DNA of 64,000 nt from Paragordius varius (taxonomy: Eukaryota; Animalia; Nematomorpha). This document shows, piece after piece, positions 50,242-63,000 of the stretch. Numbering within the stretch: position 1 is the first letter of the stretch; each line of letters begins with the position of its first letter. A model generated the notes under the pieces. That model searched no databases. It was not told the origin of the DNA and saw nothing but the letters and a program-made list of their open reading frames with translations. Both the position numbers and the translations under genes were made by a program. The stretch is taken from NCBI GenBank assembly GCA_964247055.1, contig OZ176050.1, positions 3,410,001 to 3,474,000 of the forward strand, written 5' to 3'.

Positions 50242-52486
50242 CTTTGTTAAATGAATTATGATCGATATTTTATATTAAATATAATTTCCGCTAATTATAG
50301 AAAAGATTTGGAAAGCGAAAACAGGATTATTAAAAGTTGCTATTCGAATAACAAAACGGAATACGAGGTTTTAATCGGACTCTTTAAGAATTAAATATAT
50401 ATAACGGATTTGTTAACAATTTTATAATTTTTTATCTGATAAATATTATAATGCTAGTTGTGTCAATTAAATAGATATAAGGTTAAAATATTTTTTTTTC
50501 GGAAGAATTATTTTTGCTGATAAACAATTTTTTTTTCATCACCTATTGTTTATATCAATTGATTAATTTTAATTTGATTACTTTTTTATCGAAAGATAAA
50601 TGTATTTTGGATTTATCTAGTTTAATGCTTCAAAAACATGTTAATTATAATATACTTGTTAAAATTTCTTTGTCTTATATTATATTCCTTTCGCTTAATT
50701 TAAAATAGAACTAAAATCAGCATCTAATTTGGTTTAATATTATTAACCATAATCTTACAAAAACTCTTAAACTGATTTTGAATTTTTTTACCAATCTTTC
50801 GACTTAAACTTAGTGAAAAAAGATGAATAGGCATGCATTCAAAATTAAATTCCAAAAATTATTTAGACACGCAATTTCTATAATCCACATTCCTATTTAA
50901 TCAAGTTCAAGTTCAAAATATTAAATTTTATTGTATATTGGTAGGTGTATATAAGTTTTTTATTGCTTAATTACCCATTTTCCTACTGACATTATTCCAA
51001 AAATATAAGTCAAAATTAGCATATTAATTGATTTGTTTTGAGAATATTTCGCTTAAAATTTTGGTTTATAGTTCTTAGTTCTATTAAACTAAAATAAATG
51101 ATGTTTATACCTCATTACAAAAAATCAATTTAAAATCTTTACATGTAATGTAAAATTATACTATAGAAACACCTCTAAGCTCTCTTTCTTTTGTCGTAAT
51201 CGAATTTTGCAAAATAACATAAAATTCGACAGACATACAATAACAGTTAAATGCGGATGCGTAAATAAACCCTAAAATAAAAAATAAAATTCAAGGTTTT
51301 TCAATTATATACATGTGCGATTGATAATAACATTAATTCAACAATATCTGATTTAAATTATAAACAAAACGGATAATGTTAATAATATTTATATATAAGT
51401 TTATTAAGAAATGTATAAACAATATATATACCTACACACCTTGTTCAGATAAAATGGATAAATGTTATGTAATTCATATTCATCAAATAATCACAGTTTT
51501 GAGTAACCAATGCTACATTTGAAAATAATCAATTATCCGATGAAAAAATGGAAACATTTATTTCAGGCAAAAATTCGAAATCATTAATTTCAAATGCTAT
51601 ATTGATAATATTATTTTAATAAATGCAAATTTTGTTCTTTAGATCCTCTAAACCGTGGATAATTTTATTGGGTACACCAGGGTGTTCCAACAAAAAAATT
51701 TCGAAAGCTCTTTTAAAAGATCTACATTGCGGTGGATCTTTCCATAAACGTTGTATTAACTTAATATTTACTGTGTTGGAATACATTATTGATTGGTATG
51801 TTAAACGTAATTCACCCATATTAAATAAAATTATTAAAGGAATAATATAGATGATTGTTAAAAAGGTGATTAATATATATCAAAACTCAATTTAAAAATA
51901 CACAATTTAGAGTTCCCTCTTTCAAAATAAAGGGTACCTTTATTGTATTAAGTATTAAGCTTCAACGGGCCCGACGCACTAATTAGTTTACCACCGCGCC
52001 TTCAAACCAAATTCCCTCAATTTATAAAAACAATGTATTAATTATGGGTCATCAAATTAAAAGGGCTTTTTTATTTAAAAAAACTTGATATTATGCATCA
52101 TATGGAATAGTGAATTACCAAAGGAAATTTTTGTTTATGAACACTATTTATAAAAATTATATCCATATGAGATTTTTAATTAATAAAATATGGAAGCGCA
52201 TCGAGTGTCATGACTTTACAAAACATAATATTAATGCAGAACCATTTATAAATATATAATATATAGTTTCTGTGTAAAGCTATCCAAACATAGCACGATT
52301 TGGTATTTTATTGATATACCTTCCTTAAATGACTAATAAACCCCTAAACAAGAACTCAAAAAGAATCGTATTCTTAAAAGAGAATTGAATACAAACAAAA
52401 TATAGGTTTGTATGATAACAAACTCCATAGTTGTAAATAGAATTAAAATATAAAGTTCCTAGGTAACGAACAAGTAAATTTTTTAA

Positions 52487-53003
52487 CACTTCGATTCAAA
52501 CTGCGTAACAACTGACGCCAGACCATATTTAATTAGATATTATAAAAAAAACTAATTAAAGGGACGGTTTTTATAAGTATGCCTTATCCTAATAAAAATT
52601 ATAAATCAAAATAATTTGAAAAAAAGTCCATATAAAACTGCTTCGATGCCATTTTTTATTCTGAAATTTTTGCAAAATATCGTGTTTTTCAATTCTAAGG
52701 CAACTAAATTTTATTTTACATCCATTGATAAAAACAGTAAAGTGGTTTGTTTTGCATTATTTTTATATTAAGCTAATAAAGACATATCATTTCGGGTAAA
52801 TCTTGCTTTCAAGGTTATCCATTGAATAGGTAATATCAAGTTTGAATGAATCTTTTTTGATATTTCGGTTCATCAATGACATTAAAGTGCAAACTTTTGC
52901 AATGGATATTTATACCATATTTTTTGAAATATTTTATGAAACAGGCCTGTCACTAGTTACCCTTAGAATCAAGCGACCAATATAAGTATGTTGTATCCAA
53001 GTA
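52487..53003. mobile_element. piggyBac-like MITE copy
   Basis: ttaa-cacttcgattcaaa ... gttgtatccaagta; interior shared with the other three copies. Confidence 0.65.
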
Positions 53004-55377
53004 TGCACTAGCCAGCGTAAAACATATAAATTATATAAAGTTGTTTTGAATAAAACCAATAATGTTTATAATATTTTTTTAAAATATTTTTAATTATTTT
53101 AATTTCATTTACCTAATCCTAGATATCAAAATATATTTTATGATATGTATTATATATTATTAATTATTAATTCGCATCTTAGTCACCATCACTCACAGAT
53201 AAAAAAATTAAAACCGTGATTGCTAAAAGTCAGCTTTTGATGTTTATATGGTGGCTTCAAATTATTTTCAAATTCTGACTTGGTATTCTTTGCAAAAACA
53301 AAATTACTTCCCTATATTAACCCCAAATTTAACACATTATATTATATTATAATGATATTGCGTAATATACCTAGGAATTTATAGGCATCTTATAAAAGAT
53401 CTAGGATACCCTTTTTACTAGCTCATTCTTAAGCAGCTGCTAGAAAATCATTTTTTATAAATCTATAGAGTGTGGGTTTTAAGATATTGGAAAAAACTTA
53501 GCCTATTCGAATTTCATTTTGAGAAATTTTTATCATTCACCAATGCGTCAAGGTCGACTGCGCCTTATTTGAATTAGTCACTCAGTAAAGAACACCGTGC
53601 AAAATATAGGTTGAATCCAAGTCCCCAAAATTTCGAGTTAGAAGCACGTTTCTCAAACACGTGTGGGCTCATTCATTTTTTATAATTTTTGCGCCTGTGA
53701 CTAAGCCTTTGATTTTCCTAACAGTTTCACTCGTCTCAATGTAAAAATGGGTATGGATCCAATTTATGTTTATATTATTAAGGAAAATATATATAAACCT
53801 GTTTTAAAACCCTTTTTTCGTCAAATTCGCAGCGGCGCATGACCAAACCTGCTAGTGCTTGTCCAAGCAGAATATAAAAGTTTAAAATAACTGGGTGGTT
53901 TAAACATTCCATTATTATTATATAAAACTTCAACTTTAATTAAGATTTTAACGTGAAATATTGCCTTAAATTTTTAAAAAGTGTATAAATCGAAATAAAA
54001 TGTTTCCGAATTTTGCTAGTCATGAAAATATAATAATATAATGGAAATTTAATAGCTTTTAGACATATATTCCCTACTTTAAAATAAAAAATATATATAA
54101 ATGGAGCCAGGTCCCTTAATAATAATATATGAATTAGAGTTATAGATTGTTGATTAATACCTCATCATTGTATTTTCAATTTTTCGGCGATCATATTTGG
54201 AGTTATACACACGGTGTCCACAAATTTATCCTAATGAAATATATCAGATAGGAAACAATGATTGATTATTAACACTTTTGGGTAAAAACTCCATATCAGA
54301 AAATGGCAAAATTTGCTCACATTTATTTACATCAAATATTTGGGGAAAGTTAAATGCTTCATTCTAAAAAATATCACCAATATCATTTACTACATATAAA
54401 AAGCATAATTTTTATATGTGGCCTGCAAAAATCCCGAATTCTTTCTTCTAAAATGGGCTAGTTTTCTTAAAAAGAACGCAAAATTGTTGTATAATTTTCG
54501 AAGCCAAAATTTGTAATAAATTAATTTAATAACATCATACGATATATATACAAAACTCCCTCTTCTTATTTTAACATCCAGAATTTATAATTTAGATTTA
54601 TCCTTATTAAAACAAAATTTTTTAAAATACAGCCTGAAATAGCTTAGTGGTAAAATTACCTCCACAAAAATGAAGGCATTCTCAAAAACATCTTCATCAG
54701 AAGCAAATACAAAATGGTATAAAAAACAAAAATATTTATGTGTGATGTAACTAATGATTATGGTTAATCTTAAGAATTAATTTATTTTAGAAGATACTCT
54801 AAGAGATAATCATTTCAGTTTTCCTTCAAATCAAAGTGGGGTCGCTGGATACCCCAGGTCAGATTAAAATTAAAAACCTAAAAAATATGGAATATTTGAA
54901 ACCATGGTAAAAGTTGCATTATATAACATTAATGAACAGAAATATATAAAAATGACTCAAAACTAGATATTACTTATTTTATAGTAAAACTTAATGGTAA
55001 AGTTATGTCAACATGACTTGTGTGCATTAGTAATCAAAAATAATAGTTAATTCATTCACTTCTTTGTTTGTATCATTGTTAGATGTGATATAAAAAATTA
55101 GATTTACTTTTAGCTTTTAAATTAAATATACACGATGCTTCTCGATTTTTTTAAAAAAAGGCGTCGAGGTAATTATATATATATTTAAAATTATATTTTA
55201 TTCAAATATTTCCACTTATTGTATAATTTTTATAAGGGTAACATAAATTTAAATTGGGGCTATTTCTTTCAGCAGTTTTTAAAATATCAAATTAAATATA
55301 GTCTGGAGTCCAATTTTTTACAAGGTGTAAAAATGATTTATTATAAAGTAATAAAATATTAAAAGTTATTTCCTATA

Positions 55378-55947
55378 CACTTCGATTCAAATTGGGGTAT
55401 CTAAATACCCCATAAATTTAAATTAATATTTCAAAAAACTACTCAAGGAAACTATCCCAATTTAAATTTATGCTTCTATCCTAATAAAATATATAAATAT
55501 GCCAAAATATCTAAATAAAATTTTGTTCTGAAAAAAGTTTTATGTTAAACTACTTTGACGCCATTTTTATTTTGCAAAATTTTTGCAAAATATCGTCTTC
55601 ATTTAATTTTAAGAGTAAAATTAAAGATAATTTTTATTTAAATTACATCTAACATTTATAAAAATAGAAAAAGCTGTTAATTTTGTATTGTTTTTCAATT
55701 TTTCCATTTCACACATGTCACGTTGACAAAATTTTTACCTTTCGGTTTTAGCCTTAAATAAGTAATATCAAGTATTTTTGAATAAAATTTTTTACATATT
55801 TCGGTTTTTTAATGTTATATAAGTGCAAAATTTTGCCATGGTTTCAATTCCTTCCATTTTTAAAGTATTTGATTTTAAACAGGCTTGGGGTATCCAACTA
55901 TACCAATTCGAATCGAAGGACTAAAACGGGTGTGTTGTATCCAAGTG
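55378..55947. mobile_element. piggyBac-like MITE copy immediately upstream of the DDX54 coding sequence
   Basis: tata-cacttcgattcaaattggggtatctaaatacc ... gtgttgtatccaagtg-ttaa. Confidence 0.7.
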
Positions 55948-55996
55948 TTAAATATAGCAATATTTACATAAAAAACTATTTAACGATCGGTACGAT

Positions 55997-56986
55997 ATGA
56001 AACATGCTCCCAAGTCGACCTGGGGTTTTGAGAAAATAGGTTTTTAATTTTATATATTGATTAGGGTTAATATGGCCCATAGTCAAAGCCATACATTATA
56101 AAGGATATAAATCACCCACTCCTATTCAGCGAAAAGTTTGATTTTTTTAATTATAGGTTATACCATTAATATTAAATGGGAAAAATTTAATTGCAACTTC
56201 TCGGACAGGGAGTGGTAAAACTGCTGCATTTTTGTTACCTCTACTAAATCTTGTATTCAATAATAAAACTCAAAAAATAATTGAAGGTGGGCTAGGATCT
56301 TCCATAAAAGCCATAATATTGTCACCTACCAGGGAATTAGCTTTGCAAACATATAAATTTGCCAAAGAGGTACCTTACTTACGATCAATTTTTTCATACA
56401 TAATTAATAAAATGGATATGTTTAGTTTTCTAAGTTTTGTTCTCTCAACATTGAAGTCATTTTGGGAGGCGATTCGATGGAAAAACAATTTTCACTTTTT
56501 CATGCAACCCCGAATCCTGACGATTCAACATCAACAAACAATAATAATAAATTTTTAAACTCCAATCTTCCAGATATTTTAATAGCTACACCTGGTCGAT
56601 TATGTCATTTATTTATGGAAATGGGGATTGGTGCGCTTACTAATTGTCAATATTTAGTTTTGGATGAAGCTGATAGGTTTTGTTTCATTTACACAAATTT
56701 AAAAAATACTTTTAATAATATTACATTTTTGGTTAAAGAAAATCATTGAAGAAGAAATAGCAGAATATAGTTTAGGAATCTCTAAAATGATATTAATTAC
56801 ATATATGCACCAAATAAGAATATTATTTTATTAATATGTTATTATTTATTTATTTATCATTTAGGTTGGCTTATTAATAGGTTTGTATTAAGTTTTTAGT
56901 AAAAGGTATACCGACAGAGCGGGCAATTTTTTGTTTATTTATAACTAAGTCCATAGTGATAATATATTTCAGATTATTTTGAGATT

Positions 56987-57038
<52 letters not shown>

Positions 57039-60000
57039 TATGCATTTTAATGTATGTTAAGTAATTTTATTGCCTGCCAAATAACATAAATGGTTTATCA
57101 AATGCGTAAAATACTGACCCACAAAATTATTTCGTAGTACACATATGAAAGAGGATTGACGTGAGAATTATCATAGGCTTTAATTTGATGGATATTTTGT
57201 AATGTTAAATTTTGAGAATATAGCAATTTATGTTAACATTTGTAATATTGTTGTTACGTATTTAGATGCGGAATTTTATGGGTTTTTATCTTTGATAAAC
57301 TAATAAATAGTAAAATACGTATTTTAAGATTTTTTATGTTTCCCAAATTTAATAATATATATTTTTCAACATGCTAAATACCTGTATTAATTAATATTGG
57401 TATTATAATTTTATTTAGTTGTTATTACTAACAGGTAAACATATATTTGTGAAAATTTAAGTAGATTTTAGATTTTTGTCTTTTATGTTTTGCATTGTTA
57501 ATTATTAATAATTTTTAAGTATTTCAGACATTTTAATCAGGTAAAAATTGCGGTTTTTAACACATTTAGTAAAAATATAGTTTTTTTTAGTTTTTTAGGT
57601 TTTGCATTGTTAATTGTAATTAACTAGTACATATTTTGGACATTTTAATAATTACAGGTAAAAATTGCGGTTTTTAACAAATTTAGTAAAAATTTAGTTT
57701 TTTTTTGTTTTTTTTAGGTTTTGCATTGTTAATTGTAATTAACTACTACATATTTTGGACATTTTAATAATTACAGGTAAAAATTGCGGTTTTTAACAAA
57801 TTTAGTAAAAATTTAGTTTTTTTTTTTTTTTTAGGTTTTGCATTGTTAATTGTAACTAACTACTACATATTTTGGACATTTTAATAATTACAGGTAAAAA
57901 TTGCGGTTTTTAACAAATTTAGTAAAAATTTAGTTTTTTTGTTTTTTTAGGTTTTGCATTGTAAATTGTAACTAACTACTACATATTTTGGACATTTTAA
58001 TAATTACAGGTAAAAATTGCGGTTTTTAACAAATTTGGTAAAAATTTAATTTTTTTGTTTTATAGGATTTTCATTGTTAATTGTAATTAATTAATTTTGG
58101 ACATTTTAATTAATAAAGGTAAAAAATCAGGTTGTTTTTATATTTAGAAAATTTAATTTTTTCTTGTTTTTTTTTAATATTGTTAATTGTAATTAATTAC
58201 TACATATTTGGAAATTTTAATAAATACAGGTGAAAATGGCGCTTTTTAACAAATTTCAAATGTAAATTTTTTGTATCTTGTATCATTGTTATTTAATTAA
58301 TTACTAAATATTTTGGACATTTAAAAAACTGGTGTAAATTGCGGTTTTTAATAAATTAGTAAAATTTTATTTTTTGTTCAACCTTCCTAATTTATTTATC
58401 ACTATATATTTGTGATACATTGATATATACAGATAAAAATTACTATGACTTGCGGTTTTTTGAATTTTTTAAAATATTTTTTTTGTTTTACTTTGATATA
58501 TAATTAATATAGTTAACATAAGTAGGTAAAAATGCATGTTACGGTTTTATGTTTGCCATTTTATTTTCCAAAACTATTTATATTTTAACAAACACCTTAT
58601 GTCACCAAAGATTGAAAATAAGATCAAGATATATAAAACATCTTTTAAAGTATCTGAATAAATATAAATAAATTTATTTAAATTATAAATGTATAATTAT
58701 ACAAAATATTCATATTATGTTTCAAATTAACATTCTTCTTATTGATTTAATACAGCTGATTTGTTTATACAAATGATGTACGATGCGGTGTGCGTTCATG
58801 ATGATCATATAGATTGAAGAATAGTATAAGATACAATAATTAAATGTAGATAATCCAGAAAATTTTAATCACCATCATTTTTTAGTTAGATTCTATCAAC
58901 TAAAATATAAGATAATTAATATTAGAAAATTGATACCTGGATTCTAGAAGTATTTTCAACATATTTAAATATTAGGGGAAACATTCATAGTTTGAAAGGG
59001 AACTCAAAAGGTTGACTTGGCTTTTTAACAACTAAATTTGCAAAAAAAATATTTTCTTCATGATAAAAAATTCAAAAATAATACTTTATGTTTTTTTTCG
59101 TTCTACCATCCTAAACTATAAATATAAAAAATCATTCTTGACCAAAGCAAACAATGTTTGCCTGCTTAGTTTTTGGAGTGCTCCAAGCTTTTGAAAAAAA
59201 TTATTTTGTTTCTATTTTCTATTTGACGTCATTGGTATGGTGAAATCATAGACCCATGTTCGGGTAAGTATTACTTGCGTCCTTATGCTTAAATCCTTAT
59301 GCTTAATCCTTATGCTTACGTCCTTATGCTTACATCCTTATGCTTACATTTTTGAATAAAAATAATACATTCATCATAAGTCTGCTCCTAGTAGACTTAT
59401 TAAAATTTCAAAGTGGCATAACTTTAAAAATATTGTGAATTTTTGAATTCTGTAAATTGGAGGAGATAAAGTAAAGTATATTTAACAAATAATTTATAGG
59501 TTTGAGTAATGTTGCTTCAATCTTTTGGCATTAAAAGGGGTTTACACAACCCTGTTAAAAAATAGAAAATTCCTAAAACATGCATTTAAAATCAAAAGTT
59601 TTTTAGAAGAAATAGGTATGCATTTTATCCAACTATATTTTTTAGATTTTTTTGAGTTATCAAAATTGAAATATTTGCATACTTTGTGAAATAAAAAAAT
59701 CTATTCAGTTTTTCAAATTCTTTAAATTGGAGGATAAAAATGATGTATATATAACAAATTATTTATAGGTTTTAGAAATTGAATGATCGCATACACTCTT
59801 AGTGAACTAAGCTTCTTGAAAAATGGAACATACATGTAAAACCCAAAGTTTTTTAAAAGGTGTGCAATTGATTTAACCATATTTTTTAGATTTAGATGTC
59901 ATGGCGATCGAATTATCTGCGCACTTTTTGCATTTTGAGGATGAAGCATTGAAGAATTTATTTTATTGGATTGCATAAAATTTTTACTATTTGATATATA

Positions 60001-63000
60001 AAATTATATATTTATGTTTATTGTCAATAAATATGTGATAAATTTACTTTAGTTTCAAGCGTCTAAAAAGCATATTAATCCACAGTGCACAAAATCGGAT
60101 GCTATAAAAAATATTATGATCAATATATATTGCATATTAGGAAAATCATGGTGCTTGGTTTTAGGTCTAACGAATAATATTGAGGTATATCCAATTTTGT
60201 GGTAATTGCCTTATCGAAAGGTTGCAAATTAGGCAAACTTATTTGGAGTCTACGCTTAAAATTCTAAACAAACTTCATTTTGGTTTTCAAATATAGTTTA
60301 TAATTTAATGATATTATTAAAGGAAATTAAACTTTGACCAAAAAGACTCCCCCAAATTTAAAGCAAAAGCTAATCATAATTTTGAGGTGATAGAAATGTT
60401 AAACAAAAGTGTTTTTGTAATATCTTAAAGCACCATAAAATACGATTGCCAAAATTTTTAACAAAATCTATTATATTGTCAAATACTAATTTATATGAAA
60501 AATATTATCGCGCATCAGCTTTTTTAAAAAACTGGCCAATTTTAGAGAAGTCCAAAAAGTTGTTTTGGAACCTATGCTTAAAATTTTAAATTTCATTTTT
60601 GTTTTCGAATATAGTTCATATCAAAATATAATGGTATTTTTAAAGGGAAGCATTTAGCTTTCATATAAAAAATTATAATTTGCCTAATTTGTAACCTTTC
60701 AAGGAACAATTACCACAAAATTGGATATACCTCAATATTATTCGTTAGACCTAAAACCAAGCACCATGATTTTCCTAATATGCAATATATATGATTGATC
60801 ATAATATTTTTTATAGCATCCGATTTTGTGCACTGTGGATTAATATGCTTTTTAGACGCTTGAAACTAAAGTAAATTTATCACATATTTATTGACAATAA
60901 ACATAAATATATAATTTTATATATCAAATAGTAAAAATTTTATGCAATCCAATAAAATAAATTCTTCAATGCTTCATCCTCAAAATGCAAAAAGTGCGCA
61001 GATAATTCGATCGCCATGACATCTAAATCTAAAAAATATGGTTAAATCAATTGCACACCTTTTAAAAAACTTTGGGTTTTACATGTATGTTCCATTTTTC
61101 AAGAAGCTTAGTTCACTAAGAGTGTATGCGATCATTCAATTTCTAAAACCTATAAATAATTTGTTATATACATCATTTTTATCCTCCAATTTAAAGAATT
61201 TGAAAAACTGAATAGATTTTTTTATTTCACAAAGTATGCAAATATTTCAATTTTGATAACTCAAAAAAATCTAAAAAATATAGTTGGATAAAATGCATAC
61301 CTATTTCTTCTAAAAAACTTTTGATTTTAAATGCATGTTTTAGGAATTTTCTATTTTTTAACAAGGGTTGTGTAAACCCCTTTTAATGCCAAAAGATTGA
61401 AGCAACATTACTCAAACCTATAAATTATTTGTTAAATATACTTTACTTTATCTCCTCCAATTTACAGAATTCAAAAATTCACAATATTTTTAAAGTTATG
61501 CCACTTTAAAATTTTAATAAGTCTACTAGGAGCAGACTTATGATGAATGTATTATTTTTATTCAAAAATGTAAGCATAAGGACGTAAGCATAAGGATTTA
61601 AGCATAAGGATGTAAGCATAAGGACGTAAGCATAAGGATTAAGCATAAGGATTTAAGCATAAGGACGCAAGTAATACTTACCCGAACATGGGTCATATAC
61701 TTTTCATATTTATAGTTTAGGATGGTAGAACGAAAAAAAACATAAAGTATCATTTTTGAATTTTTTATCATAAAGAAAATATTTTTTTTGCAAATTTAGT
61801 TGTTAAAAAGCCAAGTCAACCTTTTGAGTTCCCTTTCAAACTATGAATGTTTCCCCTAATATTTAAATATGTTGAAAATACTTCTAGAATCCAGGTATCA
61901 ATTTTCTAATATTAATTATCTTATATTTTAGTTGATAGAATCTAACTAAAAAATGATGGTGATTAAAATTTTCTGGATTATCTACATTTAATTATTGTAT
62001 CTTATATTATTCTTCAATCTATATGATCATCATGAACGCACACCGCATCGTACATCATTTGTGTAAACAAATCAGCTGTATTAAAATCAATAAGAAGAAT
62101 GTTAATTTGAAACATAATATGAATATTTTGTATAATTATACATTTATAATTTAAATAAATTTATTTATATTTATTCAGATACTTTAAAAGATGTTTTATA
62201 TATCTTGATCTTATTTTCAATCTTTGGTGACATAAGGTGTTTGTTAAAATACAAATAGTTTTGGAAAATAAAATGGCAAACATAAAAGCGTAACATGCAT
62301 TTTTACCTACTCAGATATGTTAACTATATTAATTATATATCAAAGTAAATCAAAAAAAATATTTTAAAAAATTCAAAAAACCGCAAGTCATAGTAATTTT
62401 TACCTGTATATATCAATGTATCACAAATATATAATGATAAATAAATTAGCAAGGTTGAACAAAAAATAAAATTTTACTAATTTATTAAAAACCGCAATTT
62501 ACACCAGTTTTTTAAATGTCCAAAATATTTAGTAATTAATTAAATAACAATGATACAAGATACAAAAAATGTTACATTTGAAATTTGTTAAAAACCGCCA
62601 TTTTCACCTGTATTTATTAAAATTTCCAAATATGTAGTAATTAATTACAATTAACAATATTAAAAAAAAAAACAAGAAAAAATTAAATTTTCTAAATATA
62701 AAAACAACCTGATTTTTTACCTTTATTAATTAAAATGTCCAAAATTAATTAATTACAATTAACAATGAAAATCCTATAAAACAAAAAAATTAAATTTTTA
62801 CTAAATTTGTTAAAAACCGCAATTTTTACCTGTAATTATTAAAATGTCCAAAATATGTAGTAGTTAGTTACAATTAACAATGCAAAACCTAAAAAAACAA
62901 AAAAACTAAATTTTTACTAAATTTGTTAAAAACCGCAATTTTTACCTGTAATTATTAAAATGTCCAAAATATGTAGTAGTTAATTACAATTAACAATGCA

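Noticed and set aside
51430-51480. Alternative first exon for the micro-exon gene (ATG AAT TAC ... GTAG|gtatat)
   Set aside because: In-frame TGA after 10 codons. The 50241-50184 exon gives a clean signal peptide with a phase-1 donor.
51616-51850. Overlapping 67-aa and 75-aa ORFs on opposite strands
   Set aside because: No recognisable motif and no convincing splice partners. Could be a TE remnant.
54670-54857. Possible 5' exons of DDX54 (ATG near 54670; AG-GT island 54791-54857)
   Set aside because: I could not join them in a consistent phase to the exon at 55958/55997, and they show no DDX54-like sequence.
56136-56156. Alternative genetic code or stop readthrough instead of a 21-nt intron
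   Set aside because: It would require reassigning TGA, TAA and TAG simultaneously and inserting 7 residues after the Q motif, while other genes here end in TAA and TGA. GT-AG splicing is far simpler.
57480-58400. Regularly spaced repeats as a possible CRISPR array
   Set aside because: Whole ~118-bp units are repeated with no unique spacers, the context is a eukaryotic intron and there are no cas genes. This is a minisatellite.
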